A stretch of DNA of 64,000 nt from NCBI GenBank assembly GCA_002374095.1, contig DFKY01000003.1, forward strand, positions 15,839 through 79,838, given 5' to 3'. The notes beneath the pieces are model-generated. The model was given only the letters and a program-made list of their open reading frames with translations. It was not told the DNA's origin and did not search any database. Each line of letters starts with the position of its first letter. The first letter of the stretch is position 1. This stretch comes from Lachnospiraceae bacterium UBA3633. GTDB taxonomy: Bacteria; Bacillota; Clostridia; Lachnospirales; Lachnospiraceae. This document shows positions 17,977-27,907 of this stretch, one piece after another. The position numbers were made by a program, and so were the translations under genes.

Positions 17977-19575
17977 ATGAAAAAATTATCAAAACTTATC
18001 TCAAAAGCTTTAATTACTACTTTTACTATCACAAGTATTACTTTTTTATTTTCATGTAGCAGCCGCATAACCCCAACCACTCCATCAATCAATCTTGAAA
18101 ATGATAGTTCGAACGCTATTACTCAAGAAGAATTTAACAATCTTACACCAAATGAAGCTGACAATGTACCATTTACGCCAAATGGTCCTGCGGATATAGA
18201 TAATTATAGGCCTGGCGACATGGGACCTGGTGATATGAAACCAGATGATGCAAAAATGGACAACATCCAATATGGCAATCCACCCGGCATGCCACCTAAA
18301 GAAAACGGAATGCATAATCAGCCAGGTGACAACAATTCTCCTGCAAATTATAAAGCCGTCAATACATACAATAATAATAAACTCATTACTGATTTAAATG
18401 TCACATCAACTGAAAGTGATGAGTCTGCAGTTCTTATAGAAAATGGTGCCAATGTAACAATAAATAATTTTACCATCAACCGAGAAAACAATAGTAGCTC
18501 TGGAGGAGATAGTGCTTCATTTTATGGCGTAGGTGCTGCAGTGCTTTCAGCAAATGGCAATCTCACACTTAGAAATGGAACTATTACAACTAATTCAAAA
18601 GGCGGAGCCGGTGTATTTTCCTATGGAAAAGGAACTGCAAATCTTAGTAATGTAATAATAAATACTAATGATGACACATCAGGCGGTATCCATGTAGCAG
18701 GTGGTGGTACACTAAATGCTACCAATGTCACTGTAACCACAAATGGCAAGTCAAGTGCAGCTATAAGATCTGATAGAGGTGGTGGCCAAATGAATGTAAC
18801 AGGTGGCACTTACACATCAAATGGCGAAGGCTCACCTGCTATATATTGTACTGCAGATATAAACGTAAGTGATGCAACTCTCACTGCCAATGGTTCTGAA
18901 GCCATATGCATAGAAGGTCTCAATACTACAACGCTTAAAAATGTAACTCTAACATCAAGCATGAAAGATCTCTATCAAAATGATATCACTTGGTCAGTAA
19001 TCATATATCAAAGCATGTCTGGTGATTCAACTATCGGAAAAGGAACTTTCAATATGGAAGGTGGCAAAATCATATCTACAAATGGAGGTCTCTTTTATAC
19101 GACTAATACCGAATCAGAGTTTAATTTGAAAAATGTAGAATTAAATCCATCAGATGACTTTGAGTTTTTATTGCAAGTGACTGGAAATAGAAATGAAAGG
19201 GGTTGGGGATCTAAAGGCTCAAATGGTGCAAATTGTACATTCAATGCAAATAGTCAAAAACTTGATGGCAAAATACTCTATGATTCTATAAGTACTCTTT
19301 CACTAAATCTAAAAAACAACTCAATATTTACAGGTGAAATAATAGATGATGAAAACTACGCTGGCAAGGCAACCGGAAATGGTTATGCTGATGTATATGT
19401 GGATAAGTCTTCCACTTGGGTCGTGACATCAAGTTGTATAATCAATAATCTTACTTTAAAAGGAAAACTCGTAGATGAAGACGGCAATGATGTAAATGTA
19501 GTAGACATGGATGAAAATATACTAAGAGAAGGAAAAAGTGACATAACAGTGACGGTTAAATCATTCAATTCATAG
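17977..19575 (+). CDS. Lipoprotein with a right-handed beta-helix repeat domain (resembles the Cthe_2159-type carbohydrate-binding family)
   Basis: Lipobox FLFSC; a P/G/M/D-rich linker; then repeated short beta-strand rungs (NVTINNFTINR, NLTLRNGTITTNS, ANLSNVIINTN, LNATNVTVTTNG, MNVTGGTYTSNG, INVSDATLTANG). A GAGGT SD lies upstream. Confidence 0.6.
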   Translation: MKKLSKLISKALITTFTITSITFLFSCSSRITPTTPSINLENDSSNAITQEEFNNLTPNEADNVPFTPNGPADIDNYRPGDMGPGDMKPDDAKMDNIQYGNPPGMPPKENGMHNQPGDNNSPANYKAVNTYNNNKLITDLNVTSTESDESAVLIENGANVTINNFTINRENNSSSGGDSASFYGVGAAVLSANGNLTLRNGTITTNSKGGAGVFSYGKGTANLSNVIINTNDDTSGGIHVAGGGTLNATNVTVTTNGKSSAAIRSDRGGGQMNVTGGTYTSNGEGSPAIYCTADINVSDATLTANGSEAICIEGLNTTTLKNVTLTSSMKDLYQNDITWSVIIYQSMSGDSTIGKGTFNMEGGKIISTNGGLFYTTNTESEFNLKNVELNPSDDFEFLLQVTGNRNERGWGSKGSNGANCTFNANSQKLDGKILYDSISTLSLNLKNNSIFTGEIIDDENYAGKATGNGYADVYVDKSSTWVVTSSCIINNLTLKGKLVDEDGNDVNVVDMDENILREGKSDITVTVKSFNS

Positions 19576-19587
19576 AAAACAATGCAT

Positions 19588-19620
19588 AAAAAATGGAAGG
19601 TACAGCCTTCCATTTTTTTA
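19588..19620. terminator. Bidirectional rho-independent terminator
   Basis: AAAAA-ATGGAAGG-TACAG-CCTTCCAT-TTTTTTT, located between convergent genes. Confidence 0.8.
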
Positions 19621-20958
19621 TTTTATAGTGACTTTACTCTCCGAATCAAATATTCCAACTTTATTTTCATTAATTAATACTGTAAGGCTTATCACATCAT
19701 ACATCCTATGATGCACTTTTAAGTCTTCGCCTTCAAAACTTGTGCATGACATGGATAGCAGATACTCTCCGCCTTGAAGTCGCATCTTCTGTGTAAATGA
19801 CACATCATAAACTCTACCTTTCTCCCCTACTCCAGTATCTATTTTTTCAAGCATAGTATTGGTACCAGTGAGCTCAACCCCTCTTTTATCCTTAATGGTC
19901 CATGTAAAAATTGGGTTATATATAGTGTCATTCATTCGTATTTTTTCTTTTATAGTAAAATTCTCGCCTTTAACTATTATAGTAGCTGGATTACCCTTCT
20001 CATCAACCACTCCAAAATCTATAAACTCTGCTTTCATGTCTCCATATATGTCGGCATTTGGATTTATAGTCATATTATTTTTAAGCGGGCTCACAGTGTT
20101 CGCCCCTACATCTTGCGGGCTCTCGGTGTTCGCTCCTACGGCTTGCGGGCTCGCAATGCTCGCCCCTACGATTTGCGGGCTCTCGGTGCTTGGCTCTATT
20201 TTATCTGCTACAGTTGGTTCTTGTCCTGCAAGTATCTTCTTATATAAATCTACCATCTCATGCGGAGCACCTACCGCTATCTGATTGCCATTATGAAGAA
20301 CCATTGTCCTATCACAATACTTTATAACTGCCCCAAGATCATGGGTCACCATTATAATAGTAGTTCCTTTTTCTTTAAGCTCATCCATTCTCTTATAGCA
20401 CTTGGTCTGAAAAAATACATCTCCTACAGAAAGCGCTTCATCCACTATAAGTATATCAGGATCTACAGCTATAGATAATGCAAATGCAAGTCTAACAAAC
20501 ATACCACTACTATATTCTTTCACTGGTCTATATATAAAGTCACCTATATCTGCAAAATCTATAATCTTATCAAGTTTCTCATCCATTTCATTTTTAGTAA
20601 ATCCCATCATAGTGCCATTCATATAGATATTTTCTATGCCTGTGTAATCCATATTGAATCCTGCACCAAGTTCAAGAAGAGCTGCCACTTTGCCATAAAC
20701 TTCGACTTCGCCTTTAGTCTTAGACAAAACTCCTGTAATGATTTTCAAAAGAGTAGACTTGCCAGAACCATTGATACCTATTATGCCAAATGACTCACCT
20801 TTTTTTACATTAAAGTTTATATCATTTAAAGCATAAAAATCTCTATGATAGTTTTTTCGAGTTATACTTATACTCTCTTTTAACCTATCTATTGGTTTTT
20901 TGTAAAGTTCATAGATTTTTGTTAAATTTTTAACTTCTACAGCATTCATTGTATACAC
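19618..20958 (-). CDS. ABC transporter ATP-binding protein, TagH/Wzt-like (polysaccharide/teichoic acid export type) with a C-terminal beta-sandwich domain
   Basis: Walker A GINGSGKST, signature YSSGM and Walker B ILIVDEALS, with a family-typical N-terminus (YKKPIDRLKE). A C-terminal extra domain follows a repeat-containing linker. No permease gene is adjacent. Confidence 0.85.
   Translation of the reverse strand: MYTMNAVEVKNLTKIYELYKKPIDRLKESISITRKNYHRDFYALNDINFNVKKGESFGIIGINGSGKSTLLKIITGVLSKTKGEVEVYGKVAALLELGAGFNMDYTGIENIYMNGTMMGFTKNEMDEKLDKIIDFADIGDFIYRPVKEYSSGMFVRLAFALSIAVDPDILIVDEALSVGDVFFQTKCYKRMDELKEKGTTIIMVTHDLGAVIKYCDRTMVLHNGNQIAVGAPHEMVDLYKKILAGQEPTVADKIEPSTESPQIVGASIASPQAVGANTESPQDVGANTVSPLKNNMTINPNADIYGDMKAEFIDFGVVDEKGNPATIIVKGENFTIKEKIRMNDTIYNPIFTWTIKDKRGVELTGTNTMLEKIDTGVGEKGRVYDVSFTQKMRLQGGEYLLSMSCTSFEGEDLKVHHRMYDVISLTVLINENKVGIFDSESKVTIK
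20085..20200 (-). repeat. Four tandem 30-bp GC-rich units (REP-like family) in frame within the ABC ATPase gene
   Basis: Plus-strand units are GCGGGCTCACAGTGTTCGCCCCTACATCTT, GCGGGCTCTCGGTGTTCGCTCCTACGGCTT, GCGGGCTCGCAATGCTCGCCCCTACGATTT and GCGGGCTCTCGGTGCTTGGCTCTATT. They encode STESPQIVGA-SIASPQAVGA-NTESPQDVGA-NTVSP. Confidence 0.9.
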
Positions 20959-21064
20959 TAATCTTATATCAAATTAATATTAAATTATAGCACACATATA
21001 TGCTATTTTCAATTTTTGATAAATCCTACCGACATTCTTGTCTATGGAAAAAGTGCTATAAAAA

Positions 21065-21073
21065 TGTTATAAT
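21065..21073 (+). promoter_or_regulatory. Extended -10 promoter element (TGtTATAAT)
   Basis: TG at 21065-21066 and TATAAT at 21068-21073. The ATG of the 1421-aa gene is at 21083 and there is no SD between them. Confidence 0.4.
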
Positions 21074-21082
21074 ACTACTATT

Positions 21083-24000
21083 ATGAAAAGACTTGGTATC
21101 GACATCGGTAGCACGACTGTTAAAGTCGCTATTACTGATGAAAAAAATCAAATATTATATGGAGAATACAAAAGGCACCTTGCCAATATACAAGAGTGCC
21201 TAAGTAGTCTCTTAAAAAATGCATATAAAAGTCTTGGCGACATAGATTTAAATGTGTGTATCACTGGTTCGGGCGGTCTATCGCTTTCAGAGGCTCTTCA
21301 AGTCAACTTCACTCAAGAAGTTATAGCAGTATCTACCTCCCTTAAAAAACTTAATGATAAATGCGATGTCGCAGTAGAGCTTGGCGGTGAAGATGCTAAA
21401 ATCATCTATTTTGATGGTTCATCAGTTGATCAACGAATGAATGGCATATGTGCTGGCGGGACAGGATCTTTTATAGACCAGATGGCTTCTCTCTTAAAAA
21501 CTGATGCAGAAGGTCTAAATGAATACGCAAAGAGTTATAAGATGATATACCCTATAGCAGCAAGATGTGGAGTTTTCGCAAAGTCAGACATACAACCACT
21601 CATCAATGAAGGTGCGACTAAGGAAGACCTTGCAGCATCAATTTTTCAAGCAGTAGTCAACCAAACTATATCAGGTCTTGCATGTGGCAAACCCATAAAA
21701 GGACATGTAGCATTTCTTGGCGGACCTCTTCACTATCTTTCAGAACTTAGAAATGCATTTATAAGGACACTAAAACTCACAGACGAAACTATCATCAATC
21801 CTGAAAACTCTCATCTATATGCAGCAATAGGTTGTTGTCTATGTGAATTAAAAAATGATACTATATTTTCAATCACTGATCTCATAGCAAAGCTTGATGC
21901 AGGCATAAAATTAAATACTGAAATAAAAAGACTTGAACCACTTTTTAACGACAATAAAGAATACGAAGATTTTAAATATAGGCACTCACTTGCCACAGTT
22001 GGCAAAATTGATTTAGCCTCGTATGAAGGCGAATGCTTTCTTGGTATAGACGCCGGATCTACGACTACCAAATTTGCACTTATATCAAAAGACGGAAAAC
22101 TTCTACATAGTTTCTACGATAATAACAACGGCTCAACTATTGATACAGCAAAACGCGCTATAAAAAACTTAAAAGAGCTCTTACCAAAAAATTGTAAGAT
22201 AGCTGCAAGCTGCTCTACTGGCTACGGTGAGCAACTTCTTAAATCTGCATTTTGTCTTGATTTTGGTGAAGTTGAGACAATCGCCCACTACTATGGTGCC
22301 ACATTCTTTAACCCAAATGTTGATGCTATCCTTGACATCGGCGGTCAAGACATGAAGTATATAAAAATCAAAGACGGCTATGTAGATAATGTCCTTCTCA
22401 ATGAAGCATGTTCATCAGGGTGTGGATCTTTTATAGAAACTTTTGCAAAAAGTCTTGACTATCAAGTAAAAGACTTTGCGAAAGTTGCTCTTTTTTCTAA
22501 AAATCCTATAGATCTTGGTACAAGATGTACTGTATTTATGAATTCCAATGTAAAGCAAGCACAAAAAGAAGGAGCTGAAGTATCTGATATAAGTGCTGGC
22601 CTTTCTTATTCTGTCATAAAAAATGCATTATATAAAGTTATAAAAGTTACTGACCCAAAGCTTCTTGGCGATAATATAGTAGTGCAAGGTGGTACATTTT
22701 ACAACGACTCAGTTCTTCGAGCTCTTGAAAAGATAACTGGTCGAAATGTGGTGCGTCCTGATATAGCTGGCATCATGGGAGCTTTTGGCGCAGCACTTAT
22801 CGCAAAAGAAAAATATTATCTCGCTATAGAGAAAAGCGGCTCATATACTTCTACAATGCTCTCTCTTGACGAGATTATAAATCTTGATTATAAGACAACT
22901 ATCGCAAGATGTGGCAAATGTCTCAATAACTGTGTACTCACTGTCAATGCATTTGCTGATAGTGAAGGAAAATACACAAGACGATTTATATCAGGTAATC
23001 GATGTGAAAAAGGACTTGGACTTCCAAAAAAGGAAAATAAAGCCCCTAATCTTTTTGACTATAAAGCAAAGAGAATGTTTGACTATGAACCACTACCACC
23101 AAGTGAAGCTCCACGTGGTGTGATAGGTATACCAAGAGTTTTAAATATGTATGAAAACTTTCCATTCTGGGCTGTATTTTTCAAAAAGCTTGGCTACTCT
23201 GTCCTTCTCTCTCCTATCTCAAGTAGAAAAATGTACGAGATGGGTATAGAGTCCATACCATCAGAATCTGAATGCTACCCTGCTAAACTTGTCCATGGGC
23301 ATATAGAATGGCTTATAGAAAATGGTGCTAAATTTATATTTATGCCATGTGTGCCATTTGAAAGAAATGAAACTGCTGGTGCACAAAATCACTACAACTG
23401 CCCTATGGTGACATCTTATGCAGAAAATATAAAAAATAATGTAGAAAACCTTCATCTAAAGAACATAAAGTTTTATAATCCATTTCTTGCATTTACCAAT
23501 AAAACTGTTCTTCACGAATCTCTTATAAAAGCTATCCGTAATCATGCATATTTTGAAAACGTGAGCGAAGTAGAGATAGATAGAGCATGTGATGCAGCTT
23601 GGGACGAACTTATAAAATCACGTGAAGACATGATGGAAAAAGGAAATGAAACTTTAGAGTGGATAAAGAAAAATAATGCTCACGGTATAGTTCTCGCAGG
23701 TCGTCCATATCATGTAGATAGTGAAGTCCACCACGGCATACCTGACCTTATAGAAAGTTATGGTTTTGCCGTTCTTACTGAAGACTCTGTATCACATCTT
23801 GGCAAGATAGAAAGACCAATCATAGTTACTGATCAATGGATGTATCACACAAGACTTTATGCTTGTGCCAATCTGGTAAAAAATCGTGATGACCTTGATC
23901 TCATACAACTTAATTCTTTCGGCTGTGGACTTGATGCTGTAACTACAGACCAAGTGTCAGATATACTATCTGGCTCTTCTAAAATCTACACCTTACTTAA

Positions 24001-25348
24001 AATTGACGAAGTCAATAACATAGGTGCAGCTCGAATCCGTATACGATCACTGATATCAGCTATCAATATAAGAAAAGATAAAACTCGTGTCATCATGCCG
24101 TCTAATTATAACCGAGTTATATTTACAGAAGAGATGAGAAAAACTCACACAATATTAGCGCCAAATATGAGTCCTATACACTTTGACTTACTTGAACCAG
24201 CACTAAACTCATGTGGTTACAAAGTGCGAATATTACAAAATAATAATCGTAATGTCATAGATATGGGGCTAAAGTTTGTCAATAATGATGCCTGCTACCC
24301 ATCTCTTATCGTGGTCGGTCAGATAATGGACGAACTAATTAACAATAAAACAATCGACTTAAATCATACAGCTATCATGATGACTCAAACTGGTGGAGGA
24401 TGTCGTGCTTCCAACTATGTAGGATTTATAAGGCGTGCTCTTCGTAAAGCTCACATGGAGCAAATTCCTGTGGTGTCTATCAATTATAATGGCATGGAAA
24501 AAAATCCAGGTCTCACATATAATCTTCCAATGATTATGAAGGTATGTTACTCAATAATCTTTGGTGATATATTTATGAGAGTAGTATATGCTACTCGTCC
24601 ATACGAAAAAATAAAAGGTAGCGCTGATAAGCTTCATAAAGAGTGGAAAAATAAATGTATAGACTTTCTCACAAAAGGAAAAGTAAACTTCTCAAAGTTT
24701 AGCAAGATGTGTAAAGACATCATAAAAGACTTTGACAATATAGAAAGGCTTGATATTAAAAAGCCAAGGGTTGGAATAGTCGGAGAAATCCTTGTGAAAT
24801 TTTCAAGTCTCGCCAATAACAATATCGTGAATCTGCTTGAAAAAGAAGGCGCAGAAGCTGTAATGCCTGATCTTATGGACTTTATGTTATACTCACTATA
24901 CAATAGTAATTTTAAGACAAAGTACTTAGGCTTTAAAGCCATGGCAAGATTCTTGTCAAATATTAGTATATCCTTTATAGAGTTTTTAAGGCGTCCAGCA
25001 AGAATGGCTCTTAAAAAGTCGATGCACTTCACAGAGCAAGCTCACATAAGAAACCTTGCGCACATGGCAAAAAAATATGTATCAATAGGTAATCAAACTG
25101 GTGAAGGATGGTTCCTAACTGGAGAGATGCTTGAACTAATTGATGAAGGTGTACCAAATATCATCTGCACTCAGCCATTTGGATGCCTACCTAACCACAT
25201 AGTAGGAAAAGGTGTCATAAAAGAGCTAAAGAAAAATTATAAAGATGCCAATATCGTAGCTATAGATTATGATCCTGGTGCATCAGAAGTCAATCAGCTC
25301 AATCGTATAAAGCTTATGCTATCTACAGCATTTACAAATCTAAAATAA
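21083..25348 (+). CDS. Acyl-CoA dehydratase activase-related protein (two BcrAD/BadFG-type ATPase domains plus a DUF2229-type C-terminal region)
   Basis: Two ASKHA ATPase starts (LGIDIGSTTVKVA and LGIDAGSTTTKFA), each followed by a cluster-bridging Cys region. The long C-terminal half is typical of roughly 1400-aa CoA-substrate-specific enzyme activase proteins of Clostridia. Confidence 0.8.
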   Translation: MKRLGIDIGSTTVKVAITDEKNQILYGEYKRHLANIQECLSSLLKNAYKSLGDIDLNVCITGSGGLSLSEALQVNFTQEVIAVSTSLKKLNDKCDVAVELGGEDAKIIYFDGSSVDQRMNGICAGGTGSFIDQMASLLKTDAEGLNEYAKSYKMIYPIAARCGVFAKSDIQPLINEGATKEDLAASIFQAVVNQTISGLACGKPIKGHVAFLGGPLHYLSELRNAFIRTLKLTDETIINPENSHLYAAIGCCLCELKNDTIFSITDLIAKLDAGIKLNTEIKRLEPLFNDNKEYEDFKYRHSLATVGKIDLASYEGECFLGIDAGSTTTKFALISKDGKLLHSFYDNNNGSTIDTAKRAIKNLKELLPKNCKIAASCSTGYGEQLLKSAFCLDFGEVETIAHYYGATFFNPNVDAILDIGGQDMKYIKIKDGYVDNVLLNEACSSGCGSFIETFAKSLDYQVKDFAKVALFSKNPIDLGTRCTVFMNSNVKQAQKEGAEVSDISAGLSYSVIKNALYKVIKVTDPKLLGDNIVVQGGTFYNDSVLRALEKITGRNVVRPDIAGIMGAFGAALIAKEKYYLAIEKSGSYTSTMLSLDEIINLDYKTTIARCGKCLNNCVLTVNAFADSEGKYTRRFISGNRCEKGLGLPKKENKAPNLFDYKAKRMFDYEPLPPSEAPRGVIGIPRVLNMYENFPFWAVFFKKLGYSVLLSPISSRKMYEMGIESIPSESECYPAKLVHGHIEWLIENGAKFIFMPCVPFERNETAGAQNHYNCPMVTSYAENIKNNVENLHLKNIKFYNPFLAFTNKTVLHESLIKAIRNHAYFENVSEVEIDRACDAAWDELIKSREDMMEKGNETLEWIKKNNAHGIVLAGRPYHVDSEVHHGIPDLIESYGFAVLTEDSVSHLGKIERPIIVTDQWMYHTRLYACANLVKNRDDLDLIQLNSFGCGLDAVTTDQVSDILSGSSKIYTLLKIDEVNNIGAARIRIRSLISAINIRKDKTRVIMPSNYNRVIFTEEMRKTHTILAPNMSPIHFDLLEPALNSCGYKVRILQNNNRNVIDMGLKFVNNDACYPSLIVVGQIMDELINNKTIDLNHTAIMMTQTGGGCRASNYVGFIRRALRKAHMEQIPVVSINYNGMEKNPGLTYNLPMIMKVCYSIIFGDIFMRVVYATRPYEKIKGSADKLHKEWKNKCIDFLTKGKVNFSKFSKMCKDIIKDFDNIERLDIKKPRVGIVGEILVKFSSLANNNIVNLLEKEGAEAVMPDLMDFMLYSLYNSNFKTKYLGFKAMARFLSNISISFIEFLRRPARMALKKSMHFTEQAHIRNLAHMAKKYVSIGNQTGEGWFLTGEMLELIDEGVPNIICTQPFGCLPNHIVGKGVIKELKKNYKDANIVAIDYDPGASEVNQLNRIKLMLSTAFTNLK

Positions 25349-25376
25349 ATGTAGGGATACTCCCGAAAGGATAAAT

Positions 25377-25928
25377 ATGGGAAGGTTTAGTGTAATTGAG
25401 ACTGGCATAAAAGACTTAAAAGTTATAAAATACGATCCATTCGTAGATTTACGTGGATATTTTTTTGAGAGCTATAATAAAAATGATTTTACAAATCTTG
25501 GTATTGCAGATGAGTTTGTGCAAGACAATGAGTCTATGAGTAGCAAAGGAGTTCTTCGTGGGCTTCACTTCCAGATAAAATATCCTCAAGCAAAACTCGT
25601 GCGTTGTCTAAAAGGAAAAGTATTTGATGTGGCAGTTGATATAAGAAAAGACTCTCCTACTTACGGAAAATACTATGGTGTAGAATTAACTGAAGACAAC
25701 AATACTATGTTTTATGTGCCAAAAAACTTTGCGCATGGATTTTTAGTTTTATCAGATACTGCCAAATTTTCATATAAAGTAACAGACTTTTATCACCCAA
25801 ATGATGAGGGTGGCATAATATACAATGACCCTGATTTAAATATCAAATGGCCAATTCCTTGTGACGAAAGCTTTAAGATCATGCTATCAGACAAAGATAC
25901 TAAAAATCCTCGATTCAAAGATCTATGA
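25377..25928 (+). CDS. rfbC: dTDP-4-dehydrorhamnose 3,5-epimerase
   Basis: RGYFFESYN, GVLRGLHFQ, KLVRCLKGKVFDVAVDIRKDSPTYG and AHGF are canonical RmlC motifs. Confidence 0.9.
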   Translation: MGRFSVIETGIKDLKVIKYDPFVDLRGYFFESYNKNDFTNLGIADEFVQDNESMSSKGVLRGLHFQIKYPQAKLVRCLKGKVFDVAVDIRKDSPTYGKYYGVELTEDNNTMFYVPKNFAHGFLVLSDTAKFSYKVTDFYHPNDEGGIIYNDPDLNIKWPIPCDESFKIMLSDKDTKNPRFKDL

Positions 25929-26851
25929 TTAATTCCGTTAGAAAACTTATATACATAGTGCCAAATTCTTATGAAGGTAAGTACCTTAAAGACTTTTTGG
26001 CTGCAGAAGGTTTCTCTCAAGACCTTATTAAACATGTGAAAAAAACCTTAAGCATGGATATGTTTCATATATTAACCGCAGGCGAAGAAATAAAAATTGA
26101 TATAATTGAAGACGAAAACTCTGATATAGAGCCAAATGATAAACTAAAATACGAGATAATGTATGAAGATGAAGATTTAATCGTTATAAATAAGCCATCC
26201 GATATGCCTATACACCCATCGCAAGGCAATCACTTAAATACCCTTGGCAATGCTCTCGCAGCTTACTATAACGATCGAAACTTTGTCTATAGACCAATCA
26301 CAAGGCTCGATAGAGATACAAGCGGGGTATGTCTCATAGCCAAAAATAAGTTTTCCGCTTCTGCTCTTTCTCTCTACATTGCTAAAAACTTCATCAAGAG
26401 ATCATATCTTGGGCTCTGCAAAGGAAATATCTACAATGCATTAAAAGTAAATAATAATTTTGAAGGTATTAGTGATATAGAATATATGACAGATCTACAA
26501 CTTCTTGTAAGATCCCCTATAAAAAGAGAAAATGACTCTACCATCAAGAGATGTGTAGCACTTGATGGAGAGCCAGCAATTACTAAAGTATGCGTATTAA
26601 AATATTATAAAAAATATGATATATCTCTTTGTAAGTTTTTACTTTACACAGGCCGTACCCACCAGATAAGAATTCATATGAAGCATATTGGTTTCCCAAT
26701 CATTGGCGATTTTCTCTACAATCCAGACTACTCTCTTATCACACGTCAGGCACTTCATTCAAGCGAATTGATACTTACTCACCCAATTACCAAGATGATA
26801 ATGAGATTCGATGCGAAGCTCCCTGATGATATGCGACTTCTCATGCAATAA
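25925..26851 (+). CDS. RluA-family pseudouridine synthase
   Basis: VINKPSDMPIHPS, the catalytic RLDRDTSGV and GRTHQIRIHM. ATGA overlap with rfbC. Confidence 0.85.
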   Translation: MINSVRKLIYIVPNSYEGKYLKDFLAAEGFSQDLIKHVKKTLSMDMFHILTAGEEIKIDIIEDENSDIEPNDKLKYEIMYEDEDLIVINKPSDMPIHPSQGNHLNTLGNALAAYYNDRNFVYRPITRLDRDTSGVCLIAKNKFSASALSLYIAKNFIKRSYLGLCKGNIYNALKVNNNFEGISDIEYMTDLQLLVRSPIKRENDSTIKRCVALDGEPAITKVCVLKYYKKYDISLCKFLLYTGRTHQIRIHMKHIGFPIIGDFLYNPDYSLITRQALHSSELILTHPITKMIMRFDAKLPDDMRLLMQ

Positions 26852-27880
26852 CTAATTATCTACATCTTCATAAAACTCTACTTCTACATCATCACTACCA
26901 TCTACATTTATATCTTTTTCACTTTTTTCCGTTTTACTATTATCTACTTGAACATCCTTATCTCCAGACAATGCTCTACATATTGCTATTATAATAAGAA
27001 TTACAAGTAGTATCACAAGACCAGATATTATAGCAGGTAAATGTGTAATTAAATATACAAAAAGACTTACAAAAAACATCTTAGTATCTTCAAAATTTTT
27101 CTTTATAAGTTTTATTATATTTTCTCTTGAATAATCATCTGATGGTGTAAGTTCTGAAAGCTCTTTAACTTCTGCAATATTCATATTGACTGTAGAATAA
27201 TTTACTTGTTTGTCAAGCCTTCCCAACTTCTTTGATAAGTTTTCAAGTTCTCTTCTTACATCAGAAAGCTTGCTTTCAATATTTATCATATCTTCTACAT
27301 TTTTAGCTTTCTCCATAAGTTCATTAAGTTTATCTTCTTCTATCTTAAGTGTTTTAATTCGGCCTTCTGTGTCATCATACTCTTCAGTTATATCACGAGT
27401 ATTTTCATTTCTAAATGTGATATTGAGTGTACCACCCACATCATTTAAAAAACTATCAAGACTTTCAGCTGGCACTCTTATAGAAAAATAAGCATTTTTT
27501 CTATAATTAGTATCATCAATACTTCCTGTATCCACATAAGAACTATCAATGATTCCATTATATTTTGCTACATGTTCTCTTACCCATGTCAAAGATTCAT
27601 CAAATTCTTTAGTTTCTGCACTTAAATCAACTGTCTTAGTGATTTTTTGAGTGCTGACATCCATACTTTCTTCCGTACTATAAGCACCAATAGCATCATT
27701 CATTGTCACTTTATATGATGTAGGTGCCGCAAAACCACGAGCAGCATATGTATCTACCGCTGCAACACTTGTCTCTGCAACCACAGTTCCTTTACTACTA
27801 TTGACTGTGCAAGCAAATAAAGTTAAAATAACAATAGCCATAGTGAAAACTAAAGCAGTTTTCTTAATTATCATTTTCAT
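26852..27880 (-). CDS. DUF4349-like lipoprotein / membrane-anchored protein
   Basis: Lipobox LTLFAC, a central coiled-coil segment (KLNELMEKAKNVEDMINIESKLSDVRRELENLSKKLGRLDKQV) and a C-terminal TM helix. This architecture matches DUF4349. Confidence 0.55.
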   Translation of the reverse strand: MKMIIKKTALVFTMAIVILTLFACTVNSSKGTVVAETSVAAVDTYAARGFAAPTSYKVTMNDAIGAYSTEESMDVSTQKITKTVDLSAETKEFDESLTWVREHVAKYNGIIDSSYVDTGSIDDTNYRKNAYFSIRVPAESLDSFLNDVGGTLNITFRNENTRDITEEYDDTEGRIKTLKIEEDKLNELMEKAKNVEDMINIESKLSDVRRELENLSKKLGRLDKQVNYSTVNMNIAEVKELSELTPSDDYSRENIIKLIKKNFEDTKMFFVSLFVYLITHLPAIISGLVILLVILIIIAICRALSGDKDVQVDNSKTEKSEKDINVDGSDDVEVEFYEDVDN

Positions 27881-27907
27881 ATTCTACCTCCAGCACTTAA
27901 AAATTTT

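Noticed and set aside
20085-20200. 30-bp tandem repeats considered as a possible CRISPR array.
   Set aside because: The units are contiguous with no spacers and only about 4 copies are present. They are in frame inside a CDS, and there are no cas genes in the window.
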